Below are positions 42,101 to 53,595 of a stretch of 64,000 bases of DNA, one piece after another. How positions within the stretch are numbered: position 1 is the stretch's first letter; every line of letters begins with the position of its first letter. Location: positions 1,612,001-1,676,000 of the forward strand of contig OZ176052.1 of assembly GCA_964247055.1 (NCBI GenBank), read 5' to 3'. Below the pieces are notes generated by a model. That model did not search any database and had not been told where the DNA came from. It was given only the letters and a program-made list of their open reading frames with translations. Origin of the DNA: Paragordius varius (taxonomy: Eukaryota > Animalia > Nematomorpha). The translations under genes were made by a program, and so were the position numbers.

Positions 42101-42720
42101 AAATTACTCAACTTTTAAAGAGCTATTTACCACAGCCAATGGTAGTGTGATAACTAATACTACATCTTCTTTCGATATTCCTCAATACAGTTTTGCTTTT
42201 TTCATATTTTCCCTGCTACGTTGGTTATCACGGTCTGAAAAAGTGATTCAAATTATAACATCGGAAAAAAATAGTTCGGATATTGGACCCCCGCGTACTA
42301 ATGGTAGTGAACATCCATCATCAATGATGATGATTAGTAATGTTAATATTATGGCTTTAGTTTCGGAATTTACCTCAGACATTAAACAATGTCGAGATCT
42401 AATTAAGACGCTTTTTAGCCATTTTACAAACTCTGATGCATTGTATGACAAATGTACATTTTGTGTTGAAAAACTTATCCTTGAGGTTCGACGCAAAGCC
42501 AAAACTGAAAAAGTTAAACAAGTATGTTTCATATTACTTTTTTTCGATTTTTTATTTATTTTATGATTATTTTTTATTTGTTAATTAGGTTTTAGCTAAT
42601 CCACAAAACGCATCCCTTCGTAAAGCCCGTAAAAATATTAAAAAACGTGAAAGTAAAAAGAAAAAACTCTTGGCTATCAAGATGAAACCGACACTGAAGA
42701 AATTGAATAAGAAACGTTAA
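5026..42720 (+). CDS. UTP20: Small subunit processome component 20 homolog (UTP20/DRIM), ~55 exons
   Basis: Spliced N-terminus MPSLQNTFK|FESFNDQISKVKVDII...LEKYRELNC...VLIEFARDLQADF...LAYFMKYLWRY...HVHRFAAESFGYLARK matches the UTP20 N-terminus. Internal motifs: LQQFRNPNMY (16367-16514), ILYGK...RRRAILRFL (~18180), CGTLKSRAQSLREAGRDTL and KGYQ (28876-29198), AACFVLLRALIARRIRVPEL (35720-35874). Lys-rich last exon VLANPQNASLRKARKNIKKRESKKKK ends TAA at 42720. First exons: 5026-5052, 5076-5159, 5183-5246, 5271-5332, 5359-5426, 5458-5730, 6333-6465, 7117-7224. Some middle boundaries are approximate. Confidence 0.95.
5845..6085. mobile_element. Probable hAT-type MITE remnant in UTP20 intron 6; a similar end lies at ~13822-13862
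   Basis: Left gggttggacaacacgcggtctcgag and right aaatgcgccccgctaagccatttctgttggactgccct. The right end resembles 13823 aaatgcggcccgcaaagccatatgtgttagacactcctg. GCGGCCCGC and GTTGGACACCCCTG-like motifs are typical of hAT ends. No TSD seen. Confidence 0.45.
6177..6290. repeat. Near-perfect ~37-bp-arm inverted repeat in UTP20 intron 6
   Basis: ttagcaaacgtatgaatatattattaacaaataaaa (6177) vs ttttatttgttaataatatattcatacacgtttgctaa (6253-6290). Confidence 0.85.
8470..8723. mobile_element. MITE family 1 (foldback-like, 21-bp TIR modules), left end truncated
   Basis: aaattcacccttgaacaattcaaattcaccct ... agggtgatatttgaattgttcaagg ... gtaaatggta. Confidence 0.8.
8905..9960 (-). mobile_element. Decayed RTE-clade-like non-LTR retrotransposon (reverse transcriptase fragment), antisense in a UTP20 intron
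   Basis: Minus-strand translations across frameshifts: CFLDFRMAFDTVN (~9665-9705), VRQECVLSTLLFNLFTE (~9490-9539), NLRSANDKVRLI (degenerate YADD box, ~9385-9420), YLGHILR (~9118-9138), an RGRP-like segment and SQDRLGFR (AQDRxxWR-like) near 8970. Confidence 0.85.
12531..12788. mobile_element. MITE family 1 copy
   Basis: Four left modules (aattcgaattcacccttgaacaa etc.), AT-rich core, right tagggtgaatttga...gttcaaggg...ctgtaaat. Confidence 0.85.
15069..15262. repeat. ~195-bp hairpin with a perfect 25-bp inner stem, in a UTP20 intron
   Basis: tggaaaaaacaagagctctatggta (15128-15152) vs taccatagagctcttgttttttcca (15180-15204). Outer arms tttattttatcaaaaatttatt...cgttaaatgg vs ccatttaacg...aataaatttttgataaaataaa. 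Confidence 0.9.
16015..16300. mobile_element. MITE family 1 copy
   Basis: tgccatttacagctttaaattcacccct ... cagggtaaatttgaattgttcaagggtga, running into (TA)n. Confidence 0.85.
16799..17023. mobile_element. MITE family 1 copy
   Basis: tagcatttacaattcaaatttacccttgaacaattcaaattcaccct ... agggtaaattgaattgttcaagggtgaatttgaatttaaatggta. Confidence 0.9.
18953..19131. mobile_element. MITE family 2 (TIR CAGTATGCATTTTAATGGTTGCTTATTTCAC, TA-flanked, Tc1/mariner-pogo-like ends)
   Basis: gatggttgcttattt...taaggcaatttgtaacacag...gtgtatagaaa paired with tttctatacac...tgtgttgtaaattgcctta...aaataagcaaccattaaaatgcatactg. Confidence 0.8.
23395..23567. mobile_element. MITE family 2 copy
   Basis: cagtatgcattataatggttgattatttcac ... 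ataagcaaccatttaaatgcatactg. Confidence 0.85.
27345..27591. mobile_element. MITE family 1 copy
   Basis: taccatttacagttcaaattc...cccttgaacaattcaaattcaccct ... ggtgaatttgaattgtaaatgata. Confidence 0.85.
28465..28817. mobile_element. MITE family 1 copy with an internal ~100-bp core duplication
   Basis: taccatttacaattcaaattcaccct ... agggtgaatttgaattgttcaagggtgaattcaaaactgtacatggta. The core aatactgaaaaa...gccataaagatatatttcatattaata is present twice (~28573 and ~28680). Confidence 0.85.
30245..30745. repeat. Two tandem ~250-bp units in a UTP20 intron, each starting with the MITE-2 terminal 17-mer
   Basis: ataaatacagtatgcattttaatgtatgttaagta at ~30246 and ~30495. aaattatttcgtagtac...catatgaaagag..ttgac.tgagaatta occurs in both units. 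Confidence 0.85.
34637..34940. mobile_element. MITE family 1 copy
   Basis: taccatttacaatt...cttgaacaattcaaattcaccct ... three ggtgaatttgaattgttcaag-type modules, then gaatggta. Confidence 0.9.
36092..36143. repeat. (TA)n microsatellite; others at ~16300, 20712, 27022, 27835, 29323, 43150, 43528 and 52610
   Basis: Direct reading of the runs. Confidence 0.95.
36144..36329. mobile_element. MITE family 2 copy embedded in (TA)n
   Basis: tagtatgcattttaatggttgcttatatcacattatagtaaggcaatt ... aattgccctcttataatgtgaaataaacaatcatttaaatgcatactg, with (TA)n on both sides. Confidence 0.88.
37482..37736. mobile_element. MITE family 1 copy (diverged)
   Basis: tgctatttacaattcaaattaacccttgaa ... agggtgaattcgaattgtaaatagta. 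Confidence 0.8.
39009..39240. mobile_element. MITE family 1 copy
   Basis: taccatttacagttcaaatttacccttgaacaattcacc ... tagggtgaatttgaattgttcaagggtaaattt. Confidence 0.85.
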
Positions 42721-43146
42721 GACTACAAAAAATTAAAAACTTTTTCATGTTGTTTTATATAATATGTGTTTATATCATAAAACAATAAATATTTTTGTAT
42801 ATATGAACCGACAACAAATATTTCAAATTTATTGAGTATATATATAAAGGTTTAAGGTTTATAAATAATTATATTTGTACCGTTATTTGAAATTAAAACT
42901 TTAAAAACATCGCATATAACTATGATAAATAGCATTAGACTTTTATCATAAAATCCCTTGATTAAAGATTGCTGTACTTTTACCTCCTTTAGTAAATATT
43001 AATTATTTTAATTTGTTGTTTGATACTATTTATTACAATACGTTTGGGGTGTTACAGCATACGGCTTATTATAAATATTTAACAAACTTTAAACTAATCG
43101 GTTTCAGATGGATAGCTAATACCAATTTTATTTACAAGATTTTGTC

Positions 43147-43191
<45 letters not shown>

Positions 43192-43525
43192 AAATAGCGC
43201 TTTAATTTATAAGACAATTAATGTTACAGAATCGTAGAATTTTATTACACCCTCATCCAAAATACTAACGTAAAAAAAAGGCACAATTGATCAATATTGC
43301 ATAAATATATTAGAGACACTTAAGTAAATAAAGTATACGTACCAATCATACATACCTGTTACTATAATAAAATTATCGTATATTCATTCATTATTGCAAT
43401 TTAAGTTAATATTTTAACCATACCCAACACAACACATTGTATTGAAAGTAAATAAAATTTGGCTATTCTGAACGAACTAATAAAAAAAGGTTTGTTGTGT
43501 TTTCCAAAAATATGTTTGCATAATA

Positions 43526-43556
<31 letters not shown>

Positions 43557-44952
43557 TGATGATAGCTTTATAAAATTTAAAAAAAAACCCCATCAAACAC
43601 ATTTTTATTTTAACCACCATAATGAACCTAAAAATTTTATTGCGGTTTGCCAGTCAAAAATCTTTATTTTATCTTGTATTTTTAATTTATATTCTCAGTA
43701 TCAAAGTATCTTATTATTCAGTGAATGGGTAAAATTTATGGTTGTATTTAAAAAAAATTTTTGATTAAATTTAACTTAATTTTAGGCGTTTTTTAACAAA
43801 AAATATTTTAAAACGAAACTATTTAAAAAGTTTTTCGTTAGATTATTTGAAATTCAATTCAATACTTTATCATCATTAACTTTTTATATATTTTGCACTT
43901 CATATTTTGGGGTAATTTTAAGCGATTTTAAATTTGAATTTCTTAAGGAATAATTAAGATTGGGTTAAATTTTAATTTAATAATACAACAACAGGCTAAA
44001 TAATGTATATTATGCTTAAAAAGTATAAATATTTAATTTTAAAGAGTTTAAAGTTACATTTTAGCAGAAATTTCTGATGAAGAGTTTAAATATCAGCTGT
44101 GGGGCTGTTCCAATTTTCTCAGGAATTCAAAAACTTTAAAAATGTAAAATATATAATAAATAAAACCAACGCTTCATAATAATTATATTTAAACCAAATC
44201 ATAAGTTTACTTATAAGTTTGAGCTCTGGGTTACAGACGTAACCCAAAAATTTTAATTATATCACCTTACTGATACTTATTTTAGCATCAAATATGGTAT
44301 ATCCTATTCGTTTACCATTTTAAACTGCGCTAACAATAAAAATTTGTGCGCATTTTCTTCTTTATTTCGTATAATAATTTTTTAAAAAAATAAAAAAACT
44401 CTTTATTTAAAAACCATTTTTCATTGATCGAAAAAGTATGAAAAAAATAACTAGCTGATGTGGTTATCATTAAGAGCGTGATTATATAACAATATGTGAG
44501 ACACATTAAAGACCTTAAAAGAATTCAGCATTTCTAATTAATGGTTTAAAGTTTCACTATAAGTTAAATTTTTATTGTGGGTTTTGCGTTTATTTAAATT
44601 AGAGCGGTAGACAAGTTTTATAGTCTTAATAAATTTTATAAATAAAATAAAAAAGGACTGTTTTAACACTTCAAAAATAAATAAAATATATTATTTTGGC
44701 AGTGTTTATGGTTAGACATATGATATTTTAAACGAAAAATATTTGATTATTAGATTAATCTATTTATAATATGGGTTAATAGATACTAAAATGCCCTGAA
44801 TGAATATTACTTTTAATATTAAATCTTTACTTTGCTCTTTTTTGGGTAAAAAATATATCCCTTAAAAATTAAATTATTACCAGCGTTGGTGATAGAATAT
44901 TTTCTACGTTTTATTATAGCTCATAATGTGTAATTTAATTACTTGCTCATAG

Positions 44953-46872
44953 TTTACTTCGTGAAATGTATCAAGTTAATCAACCACCGATGGAAACTTT
45001 ATGTGATATCCTAGATAACAAACAAATAGTAGGTCAGGTCAAAGGTTTAAACGGTACTACAACTTGGGCCTTTGGAGAAGGCTCTTCTTTTTTCCGATTT
45101 TTTGCTGTTAAATGGGCTTACGATGCCGTTCACTCTTACTTTCTTGGACGAAATAATCAAAGTAATTTGAAGAAAGTTAAAATTACATAATGTAAAATTT
45201 TATTTTCAAGGCAATGCCACAAAAATAATGGCCAAACACATTTAGATAGATGGCTAAAATAGTAATAAATTAACTATTTGTCTACAGAAAAGAGAGCAGT
45301 TTTTTATATTCTAACCGGTTTTCATTCTTATTTATTACTGGTTAAAATTATTATTTTAAAAAATTGAAACGTCTATTAAAACAATTTTTAAAGGTTAGCT
45401 GTTTCCTGTTGTGAAGTTAGATAAGCTTTGTATTTTAACAAGTTACGTAAAAATTGTAAATACACAGACAAATTGCAAAAACATAAGGGTATGTTTTTCA
45501 AAAGACAACCATATGTTTTAAAACTTGATTTTTTCAATTGTAACTTATCCTTTTGGATTGCTGATTGATATTTTAAAAATATAAATAAATAGTTTGTGTA
45601 GATTAAAACAAGGATTAAAAAAGTATGGCTGCCCTTTGAAAAAAATATTTGTATTTATATTTTTACATTTGTCGTATTGTATTTTAATAAGGTCAACAAA
45701 TAAATTTGACTTCCCCCTTTTTGGTGTGGAATACGGATCGAAGTCAAGATGGCTGGTGGTTTTTTCATGCCAAAACTTACCGAGTTTACTTTTATGTGCC
45801 AGGAAATCAAATCCCAGAACCTGTGGATGATACAGTAACTTATAACTTATATCAGTGGATCTAAAATATTGTTTTTAAATTTGCCTAAAACACTCTGTTT
45901 TTTAAGGAGACATTGTTCGTTTAGATCTAAATAAATAAATTTTTATTTTTTCGATTATAATTTATATATTTTTGTAAAATAAAGGTAACAATCAAAAATG
46001 TTGAACCTAGAGCCATGTTTGTCTTCCCTTACTACGGAAGATTGGTTCATATGGTGTCGCACGAATTTCAAAGACAACTCTTTCTCGAAACCTTGGCTGA
46101 TTATGGAATAAATGCGACACTCTCCAAATATTTCATTGCTAGTTATGATAAGTAATTCATTATATATGTTAAACATATAAAATTAGAAATATATCCCAGT
46201 AAAAATAAAATTAAAATCCCCTACATTAATTATCTCACAAATAGAGTTATTTCTTAATATACCATTTACACTTCATTCACCCTTAAACAATTCAAAATTA
46301 CCCTTGAACAATTCAAATTCACCTTCGAACAATTCAAATTCACCCTTAAATGAGTTATATGCTTTATAAGATTAAAATTTATATTTAAAAATAAAATTTT
46401 GTTTTTAATTAAAATAACCGAAAAAATAATAAACTATGTCGTAAAAATGTATTTCATATTAATAATGAGTTATATTAGTTCGAAAATACATAATTTATAT
46501 TTAGGGTGAATTTGAATTGTTCAAGGGTGAATTTGAATTGTTAAAGGTAAATTTGAACTCTAAATGGTATATTTAAACTCAAATTTATATCTATTGTGAA
46601 GATGACTACATGTTTGCAATATAAAGATTTTTATATGAGCTGGAGATTAATACCCTTAATTGCCTTAAATAAATTTTTATAAAAATATTCATGAAAAACC
46701 CATCTTAAAATTTTTAATTGAGCTGCAGAAATATATTTAATATATTTTTTAAGATCATATAATTTAACATAGTCCGATGAAAGTGTTTAACCGACGCTAT
46801 GAGATGTGGATTGAAGCCGATAACAATGAAGTAAGCCATATATGCCAAATTCCCAGAAGCAATTATGTCTAG
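44953..46872 (+). CDS. SOUL heme-binding family protein (HEBP1/HEBP2-like), at least 4 exons
   Basis: Exons 44953-45169, 45692-45834, 45985-46151 and 46773-46872 join in frame: ...AYDAVHSYFLGRNNQ|SQQINLTSPFLVW...RVYFYVPGNQIPEPVDDT|VTIKNVEPRAMFVFPYYG...YFIASYDN|PMKVFNRRYEMWI...*. This parallels the SOUL motifs YIxGxN...I.MT.PV, SFYVP...P.P.D..V.I and YD.P..LFNRRNEVW. The 5' end is uncertain; a phase-compatible candidate exon lies at 44065-44143. Confidence 0.88.
46260..46569. mobile_element. MITE family 1 copy in the last intron of the SOUL gene
   Basis: taccatttacacttcattcaccctt, about four left and three right modules, ending taaatggta. Confidence 0.9.
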
Positions 46873-46928
46873 ATATCATTATACAACACTCATACATTCA
46901 ATCAATATGCATTATTTTAAATGTAATA

Positions 46929-47210
46929 TACCATTTACAATTCAAATTCATCCTTGAACAATTCAAATTCACCCTCGAACAATTCAAATTCACCCTTAGA
47001 AAGTTCAAATTCGGGATAATATAACTCATTATTAATATGAAATATATTTTTAAGACATAGTTCATTATTTTTTCAGCATTGTATTAATAAACAGAGTTTC
47101 ATACATTAAAAATATTCCTCACTAAAGTTAATTTTTAATCTTAAAAAACACATAATTTATTTTAGGGTGAATTTAAATTTTTTAAGGGTGAATTTGAACT
47201 GTAAATGGTA
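46929..47210. mobile_element. MITE family 1 copy 56 nt after the SOUL stop codon
   Basis: taccatttacaattcaaattcatccttgaacaa... agggtgaatttgaactgtaaatggta. Confidence 0.9.
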
Positions 47211-48156
47211 TCTGTAAAAATATCAATAAAGATATTTCAAGCTGATAATAATTTGTAATAATAGTTTCCTTTGGTATATTAGTATTTTAATATTCGCAGG
47301 TGCCGCTACGTATGATCAGCTATGAAAAATTATGGCTATTATTAATTTATATACAAAAGTAGCATAAATTTTAAACGTTTCCTTAAAAAATAGAATTTCT
47401 CTAGTTTTATTGGGTGTATTTACCTTCACACCTTTGTCTAATATGATTAAATTATTAGATATGAAGTTTTCATATTCAAAAAATTATGGATTTTAGGTTT
47501 TCGGTTCACTCATAAGTTTGAGCCCCTTGTCTGAAACATTTTTCCTATTTGTCGCCAAAGATCTATTTGATTTATAAGTATTTTGATCCATAAATAGAGT
47601 TTATAAAATTACAGTCCTTAACACTGTTCAATTTACGTGCAAAGGTGTAGCATGAGTTGTAATCCCATTTATGTTAGCTATTCCATGTTAATACTGATAA
47701 TACTATAATTGTGATTAATGGTATTTTAAGTATGCTTCTCGCCATATATATTTGGAAATTATTGAAATCGAATAACGTATTTTAACTTTCAGCATATTAA
47801 TATTTTAATAATTTTTTACTTTAAACATTTTTTACAATATTTTATTTGCAATTAATAATGTTCTTCCGACGCTTTTTTGACAGTACGATAGAGTTTTGGT
47901 CTTCTCATTGCTTATGTTTGGAATTTAGGATTATTAGTAAGTCAGATGAAATAAAGTTAATTGTAAAAATTATTTTAAATAACTTCAATAATTTAATAAT
48001 AATTAATGAAAATTACATATTATTTTAATTTTTTTGATTGGTTAATTTAACGTTCAGATCCAACCTCTACTCGCCAAGATCAAATCTAATAGATGTCACA
48101 GTAAAAACTTAAGCAAAGACACAGAGACGTAGTTTGCATTTCTGGCTGGCTATGCT

Positions 48157-49805
48157 CAGTGGCGAAATGTAAATTGTGGGCCCTCCCCCGCAAGATTTAA
48201 TTACTAACCCCCCTCCCTTCCCCCCCAAAAAAATCGTTTGCAGTTATTTTTTCACCTGGCGCATCACTTAGAGTAAAAAAATATTATATTTAAAATGTCT
48301 AAAAGTTTTGCGTTCCTGGTATTTTTATATATTATAGTTAGTACCCACACTAACCACCGCCAATTCCTTAACCTTAACCTTCATTTTTAAAGTATTTAAA
48401 AAAATTAAAAACTTATGAGCATCTATTAATCAGCATCATGGTTAAAATTTCGTTTTTTTGATTTTGCGTGAGAGCAAATTTTCTAATTATATCTTTTTTA
48501 TTATTTTTAATGAGAATCAACGTTCCCCTCTAGCAACGGTAACTGGTAAAGTAACAATAAGCTGTCACAAGTTTATCACAACTGGCTCAAACTGTTGGGT
48601 ACATAATAATTAATAGCTCTGAAAATTGCCTGGCATTGTTAATATATTGAGCAATCTCATCCTTGGAATTAGAAACTGACACATTTGAATCGGAAAATAT
48701 TAACTCAAATCGTTTAGATAATTAATTATTAAATTTTTAGCTGAAATGATAATTTCTACTTCACTCATTTTAGTTAACATTGATGAAAGCAGAAACAAAA
48801 CCATATCCGCTACGCTATAAAAACCGCCGAATGTGTTTTTTAACCTAATACATAATATCTAAAATATTGTTGAAAACATTTATCTAAACTTATCATCTAA
48901 ATTAGAAAATCTATGGTCATCGGCAAGTTTATCAAGATGTCTTGCAATAATTTAATGTCTCTTATTACTAAAAACATGTTTAATGCTCCAATTGCTGTTT
49001 CCATGGCATATTTTTTAGCGGTCATATAGTGTTCTCTATATTATAATAAGTTTATAAGCTTTTGCTTTTATAAGGTATATATTATTAGATGTAATGTTGT
49101 AAAGACTTTATGTACTTTATCTAATATATGACATAAAAATGTGCAAAGAAATATAAATTCAAATTAACTTATTTTTTAATTTACATAGAAGCTTTTTCCC
49201 GCTCATTTTTCTTAGTGCTCGTCAATGTAGTATTGGTTAAAATCTTAATAATATCAAAATAACGATATTTTGTTGATAAAACAGACGTTTACTTTCCAGC
49301 CCAACGAGTGAGATTTAATTTTTTTAAACTTATTTCAGATTCCTGAGTAGAACTTCTCAATAGGTCCCATCCTTTTATACTGTATCCAAAAAATGTATAT
49401 ATTGCCTCCAGAGTTGCAAAAAAATCGGATACTTCTAATTTGATAAAATCATTTATAACTAAATTTAGATTATGAACGGCACAATGAACATAAACTGCCT
49501 GGGGCTGATCCTTTCACAAAAGAGATTGTATTCCATTGTAATCTCCGATCATAACACTGACTCCATCATATTGGCCTATACATATCTAATGATAAGTTAT
49601 AGTAGTTTTTTAAAGATTTTTTATCATATCATATTATATAATAACTCATATGCCATTCAATCATTACTACATATCTGTATATAAAAAAATGTTATAATTT
49701 TGGGTCCCCCCCCCCGCAAAATAGAAAGATGTCCCAAATTAAGTATAAATATTAAAAAAGGGCCCCTGTTTTGCCTTTGGCCCCCCGCACTAGCTCCTCA
49801 CACTG
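48157..49805 (-). pseudogene. Internally deleted hAT DNA transposon with a disrupted transposase (ZMYM1-like/Tip100-type), copy 1
   Basis: CAGTG...CACTG ends with GGGCCC-rich subtermini. Minus-strand fragments CIGQYDGVSVMIGDYNGIQ...QAVYVHCAVHNLNLV (catalytic D plus CxxH, ~49470-49580), TRWAG (~49300), and hATC dimerisation motif VTLPVTVARGER*FS (~48515-48556). Stops and frameshifts throughout. Confidence 0.9.
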
Positions 49806-50815
49806 CCGAAACGCGTCTCACACGATGGTACGTAGTAAACCGTCCTCTTTAAAAATTTCATTTCATAAAGCCACCAATAGGAAGTAGTATGACTTCTAAT
49901 TGCATGGTAGCCTATAAATAATGGTTTCTATACTATGTTGTTGTTAAATATAGATATGGCGTCTTTTATTAAGTTAATTACTGGATTTATAAAATTATAT
50001 TATATTATTACTAAATTTGTTGTTATATTGTACTAATTGTGTAAAACATAAAATTTGATGAGATGCTTGGACAATTAAACTTAATTTTTATATACATATG
50101 CCATTGATAGCACGAATATAGAATATCAGAAATTCTATTCGAGAAATTAATGAATTTTTTCAGAGAAGACAGCTTAAGCTTACACCCAATTAAATTCCTT
50201 TGAACTGTGTTTTACATGGAATTTAAAGAATATATAATAAATATGTGTATAGGCTACTGACGAATCTTTTATAAATTGTATTAAAATAAAATCCGACGTC
50301 TTAATAAGGATACTCTGCTTGTATTATTAAGATATGAACATATTACTATGACATTGACCAAGTGGTTAGAAATATAGTTATTTATATAATCATCTGCTCT
50401 AAGATATAATTTTAAAATATGGCTCTTTTACTACTAAATATATAAAAAAAATATTTACCAATTCCTAATATACACGAATACGTATAATCCAATAATATGG
50501 GTATTGCTATATTTCAAATGGAACTGTGGTTTTCGAAAATAAGGCTCTTTCACTAAAAAAATTACCAAAAAAAGTTTACTAGTGGCAAGTATTGTAATAT
50601 TTAATTTATAAAGGAAATAAATGATTAATTGAATGTGATAAAAAATATTAAATATTATAAAAAATTATATGAAAATCAATTTAAAACTTTACTTTCAAAA
50701 AATTTTAAAATTTTACATCACCACCAAAAAATTAAACTTTTTTGCAAAATTATTTTTTTCCAAATTTTTTGAAAGAGCCACAAGTGGCTACTGAACAACC
50801 TGTTGGACACCCCTA
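49806..50815. mobile_element. Probable second hAT relic (Charlie/SPIN-like terminus); copy at ~62915-63950
   Basis: Terminus gttggacacccct (revcomp AGGGGTGTCCAAC) preceded by the palindrome gagccacaagtggct, typical of hAT subtermini. Only a weak WLS(K/R)-like remnant near 50520 and 63640. Confidence 0.5.
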
Positions 50816-50903
50816 CTTAGAATAAAAAAATGCATATATGTTAAAGAGATTGATTTTGATCAATGATTCCGGAGACTACATGTCTCTTGTATTTCCATGT
50901 AAT

Positions 50904-53077
50904 ACCGACAAATATTGCATAGTTGTGTGACTCATATCTTAAAGAAATTATTTAAGGCAATAAAATCATATTTAGGGCTACATTCGGTACGGGGGCTGCG
51001 CCAATACCACTGCTATAGATGTTACAAAACTGTAAATATGAAATTTTGTATGATATATTAAGCATTTTAGGTTCCAGGATAAAAATTACCCTAAAATCTA
51101 TTTATAATATAAATATTTAAAGCAGTGAAATTTGTGATTATGTCAAAATCTAATAGTGACCATAATATTTTTTTTGAAACGTGACTCAATTTGATATAAT
51201 TTTTGACATACTTAGCCGATCGCTTAAATTTCATCAAAACAAAATGCCTAAAAGCAAAAAAAGTTCGTAAGCTATTGTCAAAATATTTTAAATTCCACAT
51301 TGAACGTAAAAAATATTATGCTAAATTATATTTCATAGAAAATCTATCGAGATTTTATGGTGCAATTATTTTTGGACCAAATTTGGTATTAACAACTTTT
51401 GGTGTAGCTTTACCTTCTATACCATTTTTAGTAAATAGCGATGACATTTAGTCTAGTGCTTTTTCGCGAAAAATACATGATGGTGCCTAAACTTTTTCTG
51501 GAAACGTTGAAACTCTGTAAAATGGAAGATTATTCACTTCTTTTAAAATGCGCCGACTATAGTCGATCCACTTTCTTAATTGTACCCCATTAAGCCTTAC
51601 ACTTGTGAAAATAAGGTTGAAAAAGATAAGTCCATGAAAATAATGTCTTTAAGATCTGGAAAACGTGTGAGCCCATTCAAACTCAGTCTTGGAAAATTTT
51701 TATTTAATTATATATAAATGCCCAGACTATCACCTTTTATAACCCATCAACTCCACCCTGTCTGAACAAAGGGATTTTTAAAAATAAAGTCTCCAAGAAT
51801 CATGTCTGTTGGACAATATTCTGAAAAACGTGCAATCAAAATTAACTTTTTTACTAATGTGTCTAACATATTCGGCCACTTTAATTTTTATCCGCTCCCC
51901 CATAAATAACATTTTTTCCAATATAATATAAATCTCAAAATGAAGCAATTTTGCCTAGGTTAATAGATTATAACAAGACAATAATGTTATAGATATTCCC
52001 TATATAAAGCTTAAATTATAAGCAGAGCGCTTTTTCAAATTACAGGCCGGTTAGAGCGCCATCCTATGTCGAATAGACCACCATATAAAAATAACGGTAT
52101 TTGAAAGCTATATAAACCTATGAATTCAATTTAAGGATAAAAATTTACGCTTCTTAATATAGTCGTTGGATAGGGCTCTACCCTTTCTAAAATACGCCAC
52201 CCTATAAAATAACGAGGATTCAAAGCTGACTTTTAGAAAACATGGGGTCCATATGGATTAAAAGTAATTTAATTATTTCTGATTTAAAGGAAAAAATTTA
52301 AGTTATAAGTGCTTTTTCAACCATGGCTATAGCCCACTATCTTAAAATTATACGCCTTCAAACATATATATCGTTTTAAATTGTTTTATTATCTTGTCTG
52401 AACTATTATTTTGCTAAGATTAAGTTTATATATAAACCTAATGCAGTTCATGAGTAAAAGGAATCTCTGTCGATTCGATTACAATTTTTTGTTTAAAAAA
52501 AGGTTGTTGATGATTATGTATATTTTGTAAATTGCCATTTTTTATGGACACTTCATAAAAATTAATTAACCATCTATCTAAATATATATCTATATCATAA
52601 CCTCTATAATTATATATATATATATATATATGTGATAATTATTATCAATAATATAATTGAATATTAAGCAACAATCATATTATAAACTTCATTTTCAAAT
52701 TACATATTCTAAATTTATTTTATCATCACTAATATCACTATTTAAACTTTAATCATGACTTTCTGGATTAGAAAGATGAGAAATGGCAAAAGAAAAGCGA
52801 ATGGAAAAGGTTTTAAATTTTTTGTTATTTTAACAAAGCTAAAGAAAGGGTTATTCTAATTTCACGATTGTAATTATAGTTATGTAATTTACCTATTTAA
52901 TAATTTTTTAACGTAATACAGTAACAAGCCATGATGTATACAGTTTGAGTAAAAGATGCATTGCTAGTTTTTATTAATTGCCAGATAATATGTCAATAGC
53001 AAAAAGAAATATTATTAGGATAATGTGATTCGCTTTTCACAGATATTAACCAATAATAAAGCTTTTTGCTATTTCGT
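50904..53077. repeat. Inverted copy of the 1-2095 repeat
   Basis: For example 52743-52830 ttaaactttaatcatgactttctggattagaaaga...aagaaaagcga is the reverse complement of ~245-335. Confidence 0.92.
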
Positions 53078-53595
53078 CTGACAACAAAAAACTGGCAACT
53101 TTCGTTAACTCATATGGCATAATTCGTTTTATGAATCTTTAGATTCGTTTATGCAAAAAAACTAAACATTTTACTTGCCTAAGTTTTTCCCTACTAACGA
53201 TTTAATAAACCCAAAATGGCTGTTTACACATTTTAGCTTAAAGATATTACAGAACTAGTAAAAACTTTAACGTTGCCTAAAAAGTAATTGCTAGGCAAAA
53301 ACCGGATAACAAAATAATTATTTATTCCTTCAAACAAAATTTATATTTTAAAATTGAAATTAAATCACTAAATTGAATTGTGAGGACTTATCTTTGTTTC
53401 AATAAGTTTTTATATGATTTAGATATTATCCCTAAAAAACTTTTTACCAATTTTCAACTATTTATTATAAAAACATAATAATTTTACTGCTAATTACTAT
53501 AAGGACTAGGTTAATGGTAAAACATTTTAGAATGCAACAATCAAATAGGTTATACTTTTATTGAAATTTTTTATTTATATCAACATCGTACATTA

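Larger units (their letters stand above)
47455..50815 (+). repeat. Duplicated block, copy 1 (direct copy at ~60018-63950); composite of hAT relics
   Basis: Collinear throughout: gttcactcataagtt at 47502 and 60071; gacagtacgatagagttttggtcttct at 47879 and 60437; gagccacaagtggctactgaac at 50775 and 63909. Confidence 0.95.

Noticed and set aside
3521-46872. SCO1 plus SOUL as a copper/heme functional gene cluster
   Set aside because: They are separated by the unrelated 38-kb UTP20, with no sign of shared regulation; chance adjacency suffices.
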